Source: Pseudomonadales bacterium
Lineage (GTDB): Bacteria; Pseudomonadota; Gammaproteobacteria; Pseudomonadales; Pseudohongiellaceae
NCBI GenBank assembly: GCA_023268635.1
Contig: JALQUB010000077.1
Span: 34,283-98,282 of the forward strand
Direction of reading: 5' to 3'
DNA length: 64,000 nucleotides
This document shows, one piece after another, positions 1 to 9,860 of the stretch (the first letter of the stretch is position 1; every line of letters starts with the position of its first letter). The notes under the pieces were generated by a model. That model was not told where the DNA came from. It saw only the letters and a list, made by a program, of their open reading frames with translations, and made no database searches. The translations under genes and the position numbers were made by a program.

Positions 1-631
1 GCGAGAGTCTCTCAATAAGCCATTTGTCTCCTTCGCGCGTATAACGAAAACGGTTATGCAGGCGATTGGCACCCCCTTGCCAGAATTCAATCTGTGAAGC
101 ACGCAATCGATACCCTCCCCAGCTAGCTGGGAAGGGGACTTCTTTGCCCTCTGACTTCTTGTCCAGCGCATCGAAGGCTTCTTCAAGAACAGCCCTAGAC
201 TCTACGACACTGCTTTGGGAAGAAATCGCCGCCGCCAACTGACTCCCGCGCGGGCGACTGTAAAAATAAAGCCGAGATTCGTCCTCGCTTATTTTCTCTA
301 CCTCACCTCTTATTTGGACCTGCCGTTCTATGGCATGCCAAGGAAAGTGCAAACTCGCATTGGGATTCACATCGAGATCGCAGCCCTTATGGCTTGCATA
401 ATTAGTGAAAAAGACGAAGCCCTCACCGTCGCAATCTTTCAACAAGACAATCCGCTGACTCGGTTTTCCCGCCCCATCTACTGTCGCAAGCGTCATCGCC
501 GAAGGATCGACCACCTCCATTTCGAAAGCCTGCTTCATCCAAGTCGCAAATTGCTCGTGGGGATCATCTGCCAGATCGGCTCGTCGCAGTCCGCCCATGA
601 GATATTCACGGCGTATGTCTTGAAGATTCAT
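1..631 (-). CDS. pdxH: Pyridoxamine/pyridoxine 5'-phosphate oxidase (last few C-terminal residues cut by the window edge)
   Basis: Absent from the ORF track because it runs off the window. My translation of the minus strand from the ATG at 631..629 gives MNLQDIRREYLMGGLRRADL..SQRIVLLKDCD..FFTNYASHKG..LHFPWHAIERQVQIRG..YFYSRPRGSQLAA..FPASWGGYRL..IEFWQGGANRLHNRFRY, colinear with the PdxH family. Confidence 0.9.
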   Translation of the reverse strand, partial: MNLQDIRREYLMGGLRRADLADDPHEQFATWMKQAFEMEVVDPSAMTLATVDGAGKPSQRIVLLKDCDGEGFVFFTNYASHKGCDLDVNPNASLHFPWHAIERQVQIRGEVEKISEDESRLYFYSRPRGSQLAAAISSQSSVVESRAVLEEAFDALDKKSEGKEVPFPASWGGYRLRASQIEFWQGGANRLHNRFRYTREGDKWLIERLS

Positions 632-731
632 ACTCACTTATTTCCCCTACTCGCCGGAGATAAACTCATCGGCCAAAATCACTAACTCAATGTCGACACT
701 GCAACTCCACTCAACGCACAGGAGTTAACGA

Positions 732-1367
732 CTACATGACGAATTTGCCATACTCCCACACTTGATTTCTTCGCGTGCCAGTAGAATAGAAAAATGTTCC
801 GGGACCGTGCTTCTTACTCGCGAAAAATCCGCCCTCATAGCGCTGCCCATTCGGCCAACGATAAGTACCACGCCCTTGATAATGGTCATTCACAAAATTA
901 CCGGTATAGTTTTCGACGTTCTCACTTAACCAATATTCCGTGTGCTTATTCTCTTCCCACCTTGGTAGACCAAAAAAATAAGACCCGTGGCCATTGCGCT
1001 TATCGTCCCGCCACTCACCAATATAAAGATTTCCTTTACCGTTCCAATAAGTGCCGCGCCCACTGCGAATACCCTCATCCCAATCACCCACATAAATGGA
1101 TTTCTCTAAAAATGAGATCGGGACCTCTAAGCGACCACGTCCATGGAATTTACCATTCAGAAATTCACCACGATACAAGCCCTTCCCAAATTCGGTCTTG
1201 AGTTCTAAACGGCCACTCCCATTTTCACAATCCCCATAAACACATGCTTGCGAGGTCACGCTATCCAGGGGCTGCCCACTCGCCATTGCGGCAGCTCCCA
1301 TACCCAGCAGGGTGGCCACGAAATATCTGACCCAATGAGAGAAGACTCGTCTGTTTCGGTCGATCAT
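732..1367 (-). CDS. Secreted MORN-repeat protein
   Basis: N-terminal hydrophobic signal-like segment (VATLLGMGAAAMASGQ) followed by about 5-6 tandem Y.G.[WF]..G...G.G units (YRGEFLNGKFHGRG, YVGDWDEGIRSGRG, YIGEWRDDKRNGHG, YTGNFVNDHYQGRG, YEGGFFASKKHGPG). This is the MORN repeat signature. It lies 45 nt downstream of ybbP on the same strand. Confidence 0.75.
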   Translation of the reverse strand: MIDRNRRVFSHWVRYFVATLLGMGAAAMASGQPLDSVTSQACVYGDCENGSGRLELKTEFGKGLYRGEFLNGKFHGRGRLEVPISFLEKSIYVGDWDEGIRSGRGTYWNGKGNLYIGEWRDDKRNGHGSYFFGLPRWEENKHTEYWLSENVENYTGNFVNDHYQGRGTYRWPNGQRYEGGFFASKKHGPGTFFYSTGTRRNQVWEYGKFVM

Positions 1368-1412
1368 CGAAAATTCTCCTTTAGTGCGAGTTTATACTCT
1401 GCTGCGACTAAA

Positions 1413-4058
1413 TTAATTGAGACGGCGCAATACATTGAGCGGACTGATGCTCACCACGCCGCGAGTCGAATTGATGCCTAGCCCCGCTATAACAAGCGTA
1501 CCGAGCAACGGTCCTGCCACCCACACCCAATAATGCAGATGGAAATCCTGCCCGAATAGTTTTTCCTGCAGATAATAAAGACTCGCCTCTGCGCCCAAGG
1601 TCGCCACCAGCCCAGCCAGAAAACCGATACTCGCAAATTCGATGAGCAAGCTAGTCATGATCAAGCGTTTACCCCCACCGAGTGTCCGTAAAATTGCATT
1701 CTCGTAGAAACGTTCGTCGAGGGTCGCATTCACACAAGCTAGCAATACTAGTGCCCCACATATCAGCACCAGCACCGAGATCAATTCTATCGCCGAGGTT
1801 ACTTGCGCGATAATGTTTTGGATTTGTTCGATCAGCGCATCGATCTCGATAACGACAATCGTAGGGAAACGCTGCACTAGTTCGTTGAGCAATATTTTCT
1901 GCTCACGTTCCATGAGGACCGTCGACAGGAACGTCGCTCCGAGATGGTCGATCGTTCCCGGTGAGAAAATAATATAAAAATTAGGCTGCATATTGTCCCA
2001 GCGCACGCTCCGGAAGCTGCTAACTTCAGCTGTGATGGTCTGCGCGCTGATTTCGAATTCGATGCTGTCGCCCAACTCGATGCCTAACCATTCTGCATAG
2101 TCTTCTTCTATCGAGACAAATCCCGCGGCGGCACTTTCACCCCACCATTCGCCAGCAAGGATTCGATTATCCGCGGGAATTTCTTCCGCCCAAGTAACCT
2201 GTCTCCGACTCAGTCGACCACGAACCTGCCCTTCTTCGGGCTCTTCAGCTCCCTCTTCTTCGGCACCAGTATCGCTGCCCCGCGCCACAGTACTGTTGTC
2301 TTCGTCAGCTTCTAACTCATCCTGTGGATCAGGCAGCTCGCCATTGATGCTCAAAACACGTGCACTGATAAGCGGGTAGAAGGCATTCCCCTGCACGCCC
2401 TTTTCGTCGAAAAACTCTTCAATCCCGGCAACCTGGGGCTGCGAGATATTCATTAGGAAGTGATTGGGCGTATTCTCGGGAAGTTGAGCTTGCCAATCAG
2501 CAATTAAGTCACTGCGCAGCAAGCCCAGAATGAGCAGTGACATAATAGTCACTGAAAACACCATGACCTGCAGGACATTCTGTTTTCGCCTACGGCGTGC
2601 GGCACTCATAGCGAGCTTCCATGCACTGCCCGCCCGCATTCCTATCGCACCGCTAGAACTCAGCAGCAAAAATGACAGCCCTGAAAGCAGAATTGCGATG
2701 CTCGCAACGGCAATAACTAATACCGAGGTCAATACAAAATCTTCGCTATACCAATACACCAAGCCGATCGTGCCGCCCACCCCAAACAAATAAGGGATAT
2801 TCGCACCGATGCGCTGTTGGCTTATGTCTTTACGCAATACCCGCAGCGGCGGTGTTTCACGCAGTGCCAATAACGGCGGCAGCGCAAAAGAGAGCAGGCA
2901 GATTACTGCTGTCAACGCGCCAACAATGAAGGGTTCGAAGCTGGCGCTAGGTAAATCTACAGAAATCACGGCTTGCAGTGCTCGCAAGATGACGTGGTGC
3001 ACCCCCCAACCAAGCAAGCTGCCAACAATCACTGCCGCCACTGCGAGCAGCGCCTGAATCCAGAGGTAAATGAACCCTATTTGTGCTGACGTACAACCGA
3101 AGGTTTTAAGGATGGCCACATAATCGTAGTGACGCTCTGAATAACGTTTGGCGGTGAGCGCAATGGCAACACCCGCAAGTAAAACGGCGAACAATGAGCC
3201 TAACAATAAGAAGGATTCGGCACGATTCAGAGCCTCACTCACCTCCTCACTTTCGTCGCGCACATCACGCAGCCTATATTCCCCTTCATAGGCGTCATCA
3301 ATCCATGCTTCAAACTCATCCAGCTGTAACAGTTCTTCGGAGGAAAACAGGAAGCGGTAGCTCACTCGGCTTCCCATCTGTACGACATTCGTTCGTTCAA
3401 CGTCGTCCATATGCAGCATCAAGCGGGGGCCTGCATTGTCGACCATGCCTCCACCAGAACGATCGGGCTCAGCAATGATGATTTTTGTCAGTTCGAATTC
3501 TGCCTCGCCGACATACACGCTATCCCCGACATCGATGCCTAAGGCGGGCAGCGCTCGCGATTCAAGCCAAACCTCTCCCGGTTGGGGCCCTCGCTGAATT
3601 GGAGTCCCGCGCACAAATGGAGCATCCGCGATAATAATATCGCCCCGCAATGGATAGGCGGCGCTCACAGCCTTAGCGCTGACCAACATATTGCCCGCAT
3701 CGGAAAAAGCCATCGAGGTGAAGGACAGCGTTCGGGCGGTACGTAATCCTCGCCCTTTCGCCTCGTCGAGAATTTCTTCGGGCAAAGCGCGCCCGCTGCC
3801 CAATACGCGATCAGCGGCAAGCATGTTTGCGGATTCTAGTAAGAGCGCTTTCTCGAGTCGATCTGTAAAAAGTGCGATACCACTCACCGACGCGACAGCC
3901 ATGACGAGTGCAAGAAATAAAAGCCTCAACTCGCCGCTGCGCCAATCTCGCCACAACAACCGAGTCGCTAGGCCTAACAGTGTGCCAAGACTCTTCCTGC
4001 CGTCACCTAGCGGAATGTCTATCGCCGAGTGTGCTGAGTAAGTCCCTGAATTAGTCAT
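1413..4058 (-). CDS. ybbP: ABC transporter permease, YbbP-like (two FtsX/MacB-type modules)
   Basis: 881 aa with two sets of hydrophobic helices separated by large soluble regions. Its start overlaps the stop of the upstream ABC ATPase by 8 nt. The tesA / ybbA-ybbP synteny matches E. coli. Confidence 0.8.
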   Translation of the reverse strand: MTNSGTYSAHSAIDIPLGDGRKSLGTLLGLATRLLWRDWRSGELRLLFLALVMAVASVSGIALFTDRLEKALLLESANMLAADRVLGSGRALPEEILDEAKGRGLRTARTLSFTSMAFSDAGNMLVSAKAVSAAYPLRGDIIIADAPFVRGTPIQRGPQPGEVWLESRALPALGIDVGDSVYVGEAEFELTKIIIAEPDRSGGGMVDNAGPRLMLHMDDVERTNVVQMGSRVSYRFLFSSEELLQLDEFEAWIDDAYEGEYRLRDVRDESEEVSEALNRAESFLLLGSLFAVLLAGVAIALTAKRYSERHYDYVAILKTFGCTSAQIGFIYLWIQALLAVAAVIVGSLLGWGVHHVILRALQAVISVDLPSASFEPFIVGALTAVICLLSFALPPLLALRETPPLRVLRKDISQQRIGANIPYLFGVGGTIGLVYWYSEDFVLTSVLVIAVASIAILLSGLSFLLLSSSGAIGMRAGSAWKLAMSAARRRRKQNVLQVMVFSVTIMSLLILGLLRSDLIADWQAQLPENTPNHFLMNISQPQVAGIEEFFDEKGVQGNAFYPLISARVLSINGELPDPQDELEADEDNSTVARGSDTGAEEEGAEEPEEGQVRGRLSRRQVTWAEEIPADNRILAGEWWGESAAAGFVSIEEDYAEWLGIELGDSIEFEISAQTITAEVSSFRSVRWDNMQPNFYIIFSPGTIDHLGATFLSTVLMEREQKILLNELVQRFPTIVVIEIDALIEQIQNIIAQVTSAIELISVLVLICGALVLLACVNATLDERFYENAILRTLGGGKRLIMTSLLIEFASIGFLAGLVATLGAEASLYYLQEKLFGQDFHLHYWVWVAGPLLGTLVIAGLGINSTRGVVSISPLNVLRRLN

Positions 4059-4713
4059 TCACGATTTCCCCAGCAACAAGCCGCACGATGCGGCCGCACC
4101 GCTGCGCTAAACGCTCATCGTGGGTGACCAGGACTAAGGTCGTCGCAAATTCTTTATTTAAATCGAAGATGAGCTCGATAATTTTGGCGCCGGTTGCCGT
4201 ATCGAGGTTGCCTGTGGGCTCATCTGCAAACAAGATCTTGGCTTCCGTGGCGAATGCGCGAGCAATCGCGACACGCTGCTGTTCGCCGCCTGAGAGCTGG
4301 TTCGGATAATGTGTTATTCGCTCCCCGAGTCCGACTCGCTCAAGCAAAGCCGTCGCCTTCGCCCGCGCCTCCGAATCCCCCTTAAGCTCTATGGGCAACA
4401 TCACGTTCTCTAAGGCTGTCAGACTAGGCAGCAGCTGGAAAGATTGGAAAACAAATCCCACGATCTGACCTCGCAGTACCGCTCGCTGTTCTTCGTCCAT
4501 GGCCGCGAGGCTATGTCCACCGAGCAGCACATCACCACTTGTGGCAGCGTCTAGACCCGCCATGAGCCCTAACAGAGTCGACTTTCCAGAACCAGAGGCT
4601 CCGACAATTGCTACGATCTCTGACTCGGCTATTTCCAAATTGACCGACTTTAAAATTGTCAGTGTTCCCTCACTTGTCGGAACACTCTTAGTGAGCGCGC
4701 GAATTTCGATCAT
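4051..4713 (-). CDS. ybbA: ABC transporter ATP-binding protein, YbbA/LolD-like
   Basis: Walker [13 protein letters not shown] signature [14 protein letters not shown], Walker [14 protein letters not shown]-loop VTHD. Confidence 0.9.
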   Translation of the reverse strand: MIEIRALTKSVPTSEGTLTILKSVNLEIAESEIVAIVGASGSGKSTLLGLMAGLDAATSGDVLLGGHSLAAMDEEQRAVLRGQIVGFVFQSFQLLPSLTALENVMLPIELKGDSEARAKATALLERVGLGERITHYPNQLSGGEQQRVAIARAFATEAKILFADEPTGNLDTATGAKIIELIFDLNKEFATTLVLVTHDERLAQRCGRIVRLVAGEIVND

Positions 4714-4945
4714 GGCTTACTGCATTCCTATCTAACCGTCGCCGTGGCGAACACCCATCGAACGCCGAGTGTAACGATGCTCGCGGAAGAAAACGAGCCG
4801 CAGCGAGCAATAACAAAGAATTACGCCCGTAGTTCATTGCCGGATTGCTCATTAGGCTTACCCAGCATTGCTGCATACGCTATCCTATGCCACTCGCTCA
4901 CCAGCGAACCTACAGAGCCAAATCTCAGTTAACATATTGTAATTT

Positions 4946-5590
4946 ATGAGTTTAATTAAGTTATTAACCCGCATCACATTAACCGCCATCTTCGCGTCTG
5001 CGCTTCTGCTTTCCAGTGCAATGACCGCCCGCGCCACAGAGCAAGCGACGCTGCTTGTATTCGGAGACAGCTTAAGTGCCGCCTACGGCCTTGAAGAAGA
5101 CCAAGGTTGGGTGACTCTCTTGGAGCAGCGCATCGCGGAGCAAGGCAAGGCTATCCGGGTGATCAATGCGAGCGTGAGTGGCGAGACCACTACTGGGGGG
5201 CGCTCTAGGCTGCCGAGCCTCTTAGCGAGCCACGCGCCCAGTCATATACTCATTGAACTCGGGGGCAATGACGGGCTACGAGGCCTGCCGCTGGCGGTCA
5301 TACGTGAAAATCTTATCGCTATGATCGAGTTGGCGCAGAATTCTGGCGCCGTCGTCATTATCGCGGGCATGCAGATTCCACCAAATTATGGGCCCCGCTA
5401 TACCGCGCCCTTCTTCGAGCAATACGCGGAACTTGCTGAGGACTACGATTTGTATCTCATCCCGTTCCTCATCGAGGGTATCCCGCAACGCCCCGAACTC
5501 ATACAAGACGATGGCATCCATCCCGTTGCCGAGGCGCAGCCGATGATCCTAGACAATGTCTGGCCGGTGTTGCTCGACGCGCTGGATTAA
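4946..5590 (+). CDS. tesA: Periplasmic SGNH/GDSL esterase (acyl-CoA thioesterase I / lysophospholipase L1 type)
   Basis: Signal peptide, then the FGDSLSAAYG block (catalytic Ser), the GGNDG block and the DGIHP block. Divergent from ybbA, as in E. coli. Confidence 0.85.
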   Translation: MSLIKLLTRITLTAIFASALLLSSAMTARATEQATLLVFGDSLSAAYGLEEDQGWVTLLEQRIAEQGKAIRVINASVSGETTTGGRSRLPSLLASHAPSHILIELGGNDGLRGLPLAVIRENLIAMIELAQNSGAVVIIAGMQIPPNYGPRYTAPFFEQYAELAEDYDLYLIPFLIEGIPQRPELIQDDGIHPVAEAQPMILDNVWPVLLDALD

Positions 5591-5595
5591 GCGAG

Positions 5596-6900
5596 TTACA
5601 CACCCTTGGGAAGTCGGTCTTTAATGCGATAGAGCATGATCGCTGAGCCAAGATTGCACACGGCGATCGCGACCAATGCAAAATCATAGTCACCCACTTG
5701 GTCGTAATAATATGCCACCAACACGGGTCCTAACGCGGCCATACCGAGCACGAATGGCAGTGCCGTCGAGCGCACCGAACCCAGATAGCGTCGCCCGAAA
5801 GTAGTAGCCCATATGACTTCCTGCAGCGGCAATAAGCCTCCCCAGCCGAACCCCATCATGACGAAGCCGGCATACACTAACTTGTCATATTGACTCGACA
5901 CACTGGCGACGATTACGAGTACCGCCAAACCTGTAAGCGCAGCACCAACAGCCGCGAGTTTCTTTGGGCTATAACGATCGATCAATATTCCCCATACGGG
6001 CTTACTCAAGAACGCAGGTATTGAGGCCAAAGAAATCATGCTTGACGCAACTAGCCGTGAATAACCGGCATCGGTCATGAGTGGAATCGTCTGCAGCAAC
6101 ATAACAGTGATTGAAATCTGAAATAAGCCGAACGCAAGCACCAGCGTATAGAACGTTGAGGTTCGCATCGCTTGCGCACGCGTCATCGAATTCGCAAAGT
6201 CCGCACTCGCCGCCGCGCCCTGACCCTCTGATACTTGGTCAGGAGAAATGCCATCAGGATACCAACCAAAATCTTCAGGCGCGCGTCGTACGACGAACGC
6301 CATAGGCAGGGTTAACAGCCCCGCCCCTAAAGCCAGCAATTGCCAAGATGCACGCCAACCCACCTGATCTACTGCGTAAGTGGCAAGCACAGGCAACACG
6401 ATGCCGGAAAGTGAGATCCCCATACCCGCCAATGCCACCGCGCGACCTCGGCGCTCGACAAACCACTTGCCCAGCGTGACATTAATGACAAGATTGCCAA
6501 TCATTGCCGCACCAGCGGTCAGTGCGAGGCCATTCAGCACTAGCCAATGAGTCAGATTTTGGACTTTACTCAACCCGAACAGTGCAGAAACCAAGACACT
6601 CGCTCCGATGAGGATAAATCGACGCCCACCGTATTTATCGATTTGCGCACCGATGAAGAATCCGGTGAAGGCCATCACCATCTGTCCGATTGAACGCGAA
6701 GCGGAAAATTCAGCGCGGCTCCAATCAAACTCTTCGGTCATAGGTATCATGAATGCACCGACTACGTAATTCGCCATTCCCACTGAAACGAATTGCGTGA
6801 CAAAACCTGCGAGGATAATCCAATAGCCGTAGTACAGACGGGGACTTGCAAGTGAAGACGATTCTTTGATGATGACGCCGTGTCGCGATTGGTCGGGCAT
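5596..6900 (-). CDS. MFS transporter (substrate unknown)
   Basis: 434 aa with about 12 hydrophobic helices and an MFS-like loop motif (GAQIDKYGGRR). Confidence 0.75.
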   Translation of the reverse strand: MPDQSRHGVIIKESSSLASPRLYYGYWIILAGFVTQFVSVGMANYVVGAFMIPMTEEFDWSRAEFSASRSIGQMVMAFTGFFIGAQIDKYGGRRFILIGASVLVSALFGLSKVQNLTHWLVLNGLALTAGAAMIGNLVINVTLGKWFVERRGRAVALAGMGISLSGIVLPVLATYAVDQVGWRASWQLLALGAGLLTLPMAFVVRRAPEDFGWYPDGISPDQVSEGQGAAASADFANSMTRAQAMRTSTFYTLVLAFGLFQISITVMLLQTIPLMTDAGYSRLVASSMISLASIPAFLSKPVWGILIDRYSPKKLAAVGAALTGLAVLVIVASVSSQYDKLVYAGFVMMGFGWGGLLPLQEVIWATTFGRRYLGSVRSTALPFVLGMAALGPVLVAYYYDQVGDYDFALVAIAVCNLGSAIMLYRIKDRLPKGV

Positions 6901-6929
6901 GAGATTCCTATATTGGAATAATCGTCCGC

Positions 6930-7664
6930 CTATGCAGCGGCACAGATTGCTAAATAACGCTTGACTACGTTATCGACACCTTCATGCAATGACTCCACTA
7001 CGAGGGCATGGCCAATTGATACTTCGAGGATATTGGGAATCGTGAGGAAATCAGCGAGATTGGCAAGATCGAGATCATGACCCGCGTTCAATCCAATGCC
7101 CAGGCTGTTGGCGCGCTCCGCGGCTGCGGCATACAATGACAGCACAGACGCTTGCTGTGCACTGCCAAACGCCTGAGCATAACGCTCGGTATAAAGTTCA
7201 ATCCGATCCGCTCCGATGCTGGAAACTTGTTCGACCATTGCCACATCCGGATCCAGAAATAGACTGGTACGAATATCGCCCTCACGCAATCGTCCAACAA
7301 CATCCTGCAACAACGCTCTGTTCGCATCGATTTTCCAGCCATGATCAGAGGTTAACTGATCAGGAGCGTCGGGAACTAAGGTACACTGATCCGGCTTAGC
7401 GTTGAGCACCATCTCTATGAAATCTTCGCTTGGATAGCCCTCAATATTAAATTCGACACCCGGATGATCGGCAAGCAGTGCCGTTAACTCGCGGACATCT
7501 TGACGAGTGACATGCCGCTCATCGGGTCTAGGATGCACGGTGATGCCCTTCACACCGAGCTCAATGACTCGGCTAGCAAATTCGGTCACGCTCGGAAAAT
7601 CTCGCCCACGAGAATTTCGCAACAAAGCGATTTTATTTACGTTCACACTTAAGACTGTCATCAA
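6930..7664 (-). CDS. pdxJ: Pyridoxine 5'-phosphate synthase
   Basis: 244 aa. The blocks LSVNVNKIALLRNSRG.., ITVHPRPDERH and EVSIGHAL are colinear with the PdxJ family. Confidence 0.85.
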   Translation of the reverse strand: MMTVLSVNVNKIALLRNSRGRDFPSVTEFASRVIELGVKGITVHPRPDERHVTRQDVRELTALLADHPGVEFNIEGYPSEDFIEMVLNAKPDQCTLVPDAPDQLTSDHGWKIDANRALLQDVVGRLREGDIRTSLFLDPDVAMVEQVSSIGADRIELYTERYAQAFGSAQQASVLSLYAAAAERANSLGIGLNAGHDLDLANLADFLTIPNILEVSIGHALVVESLHEGVDNVVKRYLAICAAA

Positions 7665-7700
7665 TTGCTTCCGCTAACTCCTAAGACGCCTCCCAAAAAT

Positions 7701-8492
7701 TTAGTCATTCTCTAAAAAATCGAAAACGATTTTTTGAAAGGCTTGTGGCTTATCGGCATGGACCCAATGCCCCGCCTCCATGACTATCTTTACCGACGCT
7801 TGCGGGAAAAGTTCAAGAATTTCCGCTTCGTGCTCGGCGCCTATATATCCAGACTCGCTTCCTTTGACAAAAAGTACCGGCTTATTAAATGGCGTCTCGC
7901 CTTGGGGCTTCTCACGCAGCCTATCGTATTGCTCGGCGATCGCTTCTACATTCAGCTTCCAACGCAATCCATCCTCTGGGCTGCGAGCGAGGTTTGTCAT
8001 TATGAATTTGAGTGTCGGCTCATCTTCGATAAATTGTGCGAGATGCGCCTCTGCGGCGGCGCGCGTTTTCACCACGGCAAGATCCAGACTGAGCATGCCT
8101 TCGATAACTCGATGATGCCCTGGTCCCATGCTTTGATAAGCTACCGGGGCGATATCGACAACGATCAATCGCTTTATTAAATCGGGATAGCTGAGAGCGA
8201 GCTGCATCGCCACCTTGCCGCCCATCGAGTGACCGAGCACGGTGCAAGGCCCGAGATTACGAGATTCAATAAGCAAGCGCACGTCCTCTGCCATCGATTG
8301 ATAATCTAGCTCGGGCGTATGAGGCGAATCACCATGATTGCGCAAGTCGATACCGATCACGGCATATTTTTCGGCCAACGCTTTACTGTGCACACCCCAA
8401 TTTGCTTGACTACCGAACAGCCCATGTAAAATTAATAGCGGCTCGCCATCAGTCGAATACTCTCGTGTATTTAAAGAAACAGCCGTCGGCAT
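7701..8492 (-). CDS. Alpha/beta hydrolase, YbfF-like esterase
   Basis: LILHGLFGSQANWG, nucleophile elbow GHSMGG and C-terminal AGHWVHADKP are colinear with E. coli YbfF. Its start shares 1 nt with the bcp stop (TGATG). Confidence 0.8.
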   Translation of the reverse strand: MPTAVSLNTREYSTDGEPLLILHGLFGSQANWGVHSKALAEKYAVIGIDLRNHGDSPHTPELDYQSMAEDVRLLIESRNLGPCTVLGHSMGGKVAMQLALSYPDLIKRLIVVDIAPVAYQSMGPGHHRVIEGMLSLDLAVVKTRAAAEAHLAQFIEDEPTLKFIMTNLARSPEDGLRWKLNVEAIAEQYDRLREKPQGETPFNKPVLFVKGSESGYIGAEHEAEILELFPQASVKIVMEAGHWVHADKPQAFQKIVFDFLEND

Positions 8493-8986
8493 CAGGAATC
8501 TAGCTCCGAGAGCAACGTCATCACATCGTCATGGTGCGACTTCGTTTTCACCTTATCCATAATATGCACTAAGCGACCTTCCTTATTAATAATGAAGGTA
8601 GTGCGGATGAGCCCCATGAATTCCTTGCCCATAAACTTCTTCAAACCCCACACACCGTATTTGTCTGCAACTGCGTGATCCTCATCGGACAGCAGCGTGA
8701 AATTGAGATCGTATTTGTCTTCAAACCTAGCTAGGCGCTCATAAGCATCGGGACTGATGCCGATGGCTACTGCATCGTATTTCGCCAGCGCTTTCTTACT
8801 GTCTCTTAATCCACAAGCTTGGACTGTACAGCCCGGCGTCATTGCCTTGGGATAGAAATAAAGGACAACATTCGACTTACCCCTAAAATCTTTGAGGCTA
8901 ATCTTGTTCCCTTTCTGGTCGAGAAGACTAAATACAGGTGCGAGATTACCCACTTTCGGAAAAGGTTTTTTTGTGTCCGTAGTCAT
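8492..8986 (-). CDS. bcp: Thioredoxin-dependent peroxiredoxin Bcp
   Basis: FYPKAMTPGCTVQAC active-site block and the size (164 aa) are typical of Bcp/PrxQ. Confidence 0.9.
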   Translation of the reverse strand: MTTDTKKPFPKVGNLAPVFSLLDQKGNKISLKDFRGKSNVVLYFYPKAMTPGCTVQACGLRDSKKALAKYDAVAIGISPDAYERLARFEDKYDLNFTLLSDEDHAVADKYGVWGLKKFMGKEFMGLIRTTFIINKEGRLVHIMDKVKTKSHHDDVMTLLSELDS

Positions 8987-9010
8987 CGTTTCCTCCTTAC
9001 TAATTCGGCT

Positions 9011-9039
9011 AATGGATTATACTCAGTCGGAATGGATTA
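9011..9039. repeat. Direct repeat AATGGATTA x2, 20 bp centre to centre, in the bcp/cobB divergent promoter region
   Basis: Identical 9-mers at 9011..9019 and 9031..9039. A -10-like TATACT (9019..9024) overlaps the end of the first copy. Confidence 0.5.
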
Positions 9040-9071
9040 ACTAGTTATCACTCGAAAACACGCAGATATAG

Positions 9072-9797
9072 ATGCACCAAAGCCAAACACATCACAGGCC
9101 GCGCTCAGTCGTTGTCCTCACCGGAGCCGGTATCTCAGCTGAGTCGGGAATTCGCACGTTCCGCGCAAGTGATGGCCTATGGGAAGATCACCGCATCGAA
9201 GATGTCGCCTCTCCGGAAGGCTTCGCCCGCAACCCATTCATCGTCTATGAATTTTACAATCAGCGTCGCCGCCAGTTGATCGCACCCGAGATTCGACCCA
9301 ATGCTGCCCACAGCGCACTCGCCCGATTCGAGCATGACCTCTGCGTCGCCGGCGGTGAATTTCTGCTAGTTACACAAAATGTAGACAATCTGCATGAGCG
9401 TGCCGGTTCTCAATCACTCAAGCATATGCACGGCGAGCTATTGAAATGCCGTTGCACGGTTAGCGGGCTTGTCTTCGACTGGCGTGATGACCTTAACCAC
9501 GATAGTGTCTGCCGCTGTTGCGGCGAGATAGGCAATCTCAGGCCTCATATTGTCTGGTTTGGTGAGATGCCATTGCATATAAATGCCATCGAAAATGCTC
9601 TGGGTCATTGCGACCTTTTCATCGCCATCGGCACCTCTGGCAATGTCTATCCCGCAGCGGGCTTCCACCAAGTGGCACGACAGGCTGGCGCCAGAACGGT
9701 TGAGCTCAACCTAGAAAATACGGATTCTCGATTCGATGAGCACTATACCGGGCTTGCCTCGCAACTAGTCCCCAATTTCTTAAATCAGCTGCTCTAG
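9072..9797 (+). CDS. cobB: NAD-dependent protein deacylase (Sir2 family)
   Basis: [17 protein letters not shown]-binding block, [11 protein letters not shown], and a zinc-ribbon cysteine pattern (C.C...C..C). Confidence 0.9.
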   Translation: MHQSQTHHRPRSVVVLTGAGISAESGIRTFRASDGLWEDHRIEDVASPEGFARNPFIVYEFYNQRRRQLIAPEIRPNAAHSALARFEHDLCVAGGEFLLVTQNVDNLHERAGSQSLKHMHGELLKCRCTVSGLVFDWRDDLNHDSVCRCCGEIGNLRPHIVWFGEMPLHINAIENALGHCDLFIAIGTSGNVYPAAGFHQVARQAGARTVELNLENTDSRFDEHYTGLASQLVPNFLNQLL

Positions 9798-9860
9798 TAG
9801 CTTCTTCCAGCTCGAATTTCGCAAATTTAGCTGTTTACTCCCCTTGGCTCTTGTTCGACA

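Noticed and set aside
215-685. 156-aa plus-strand ORF at the left edge
   Set aside because: It is antisense to a clearly recognisable pdxH on the minus strand (1..631), and its own sequence has no recognisable motif. It is a shadow ORF.
4744-4932. 62-aa ORFs on both strands inside the 232-bp ybbA/tesA divergent intergenic region
   Set aside because: They start at GTG with no RBS and have low-complexity, unrecognisable sequences. The region is more simply explained as two divergent promoters, although it is long for this genome.
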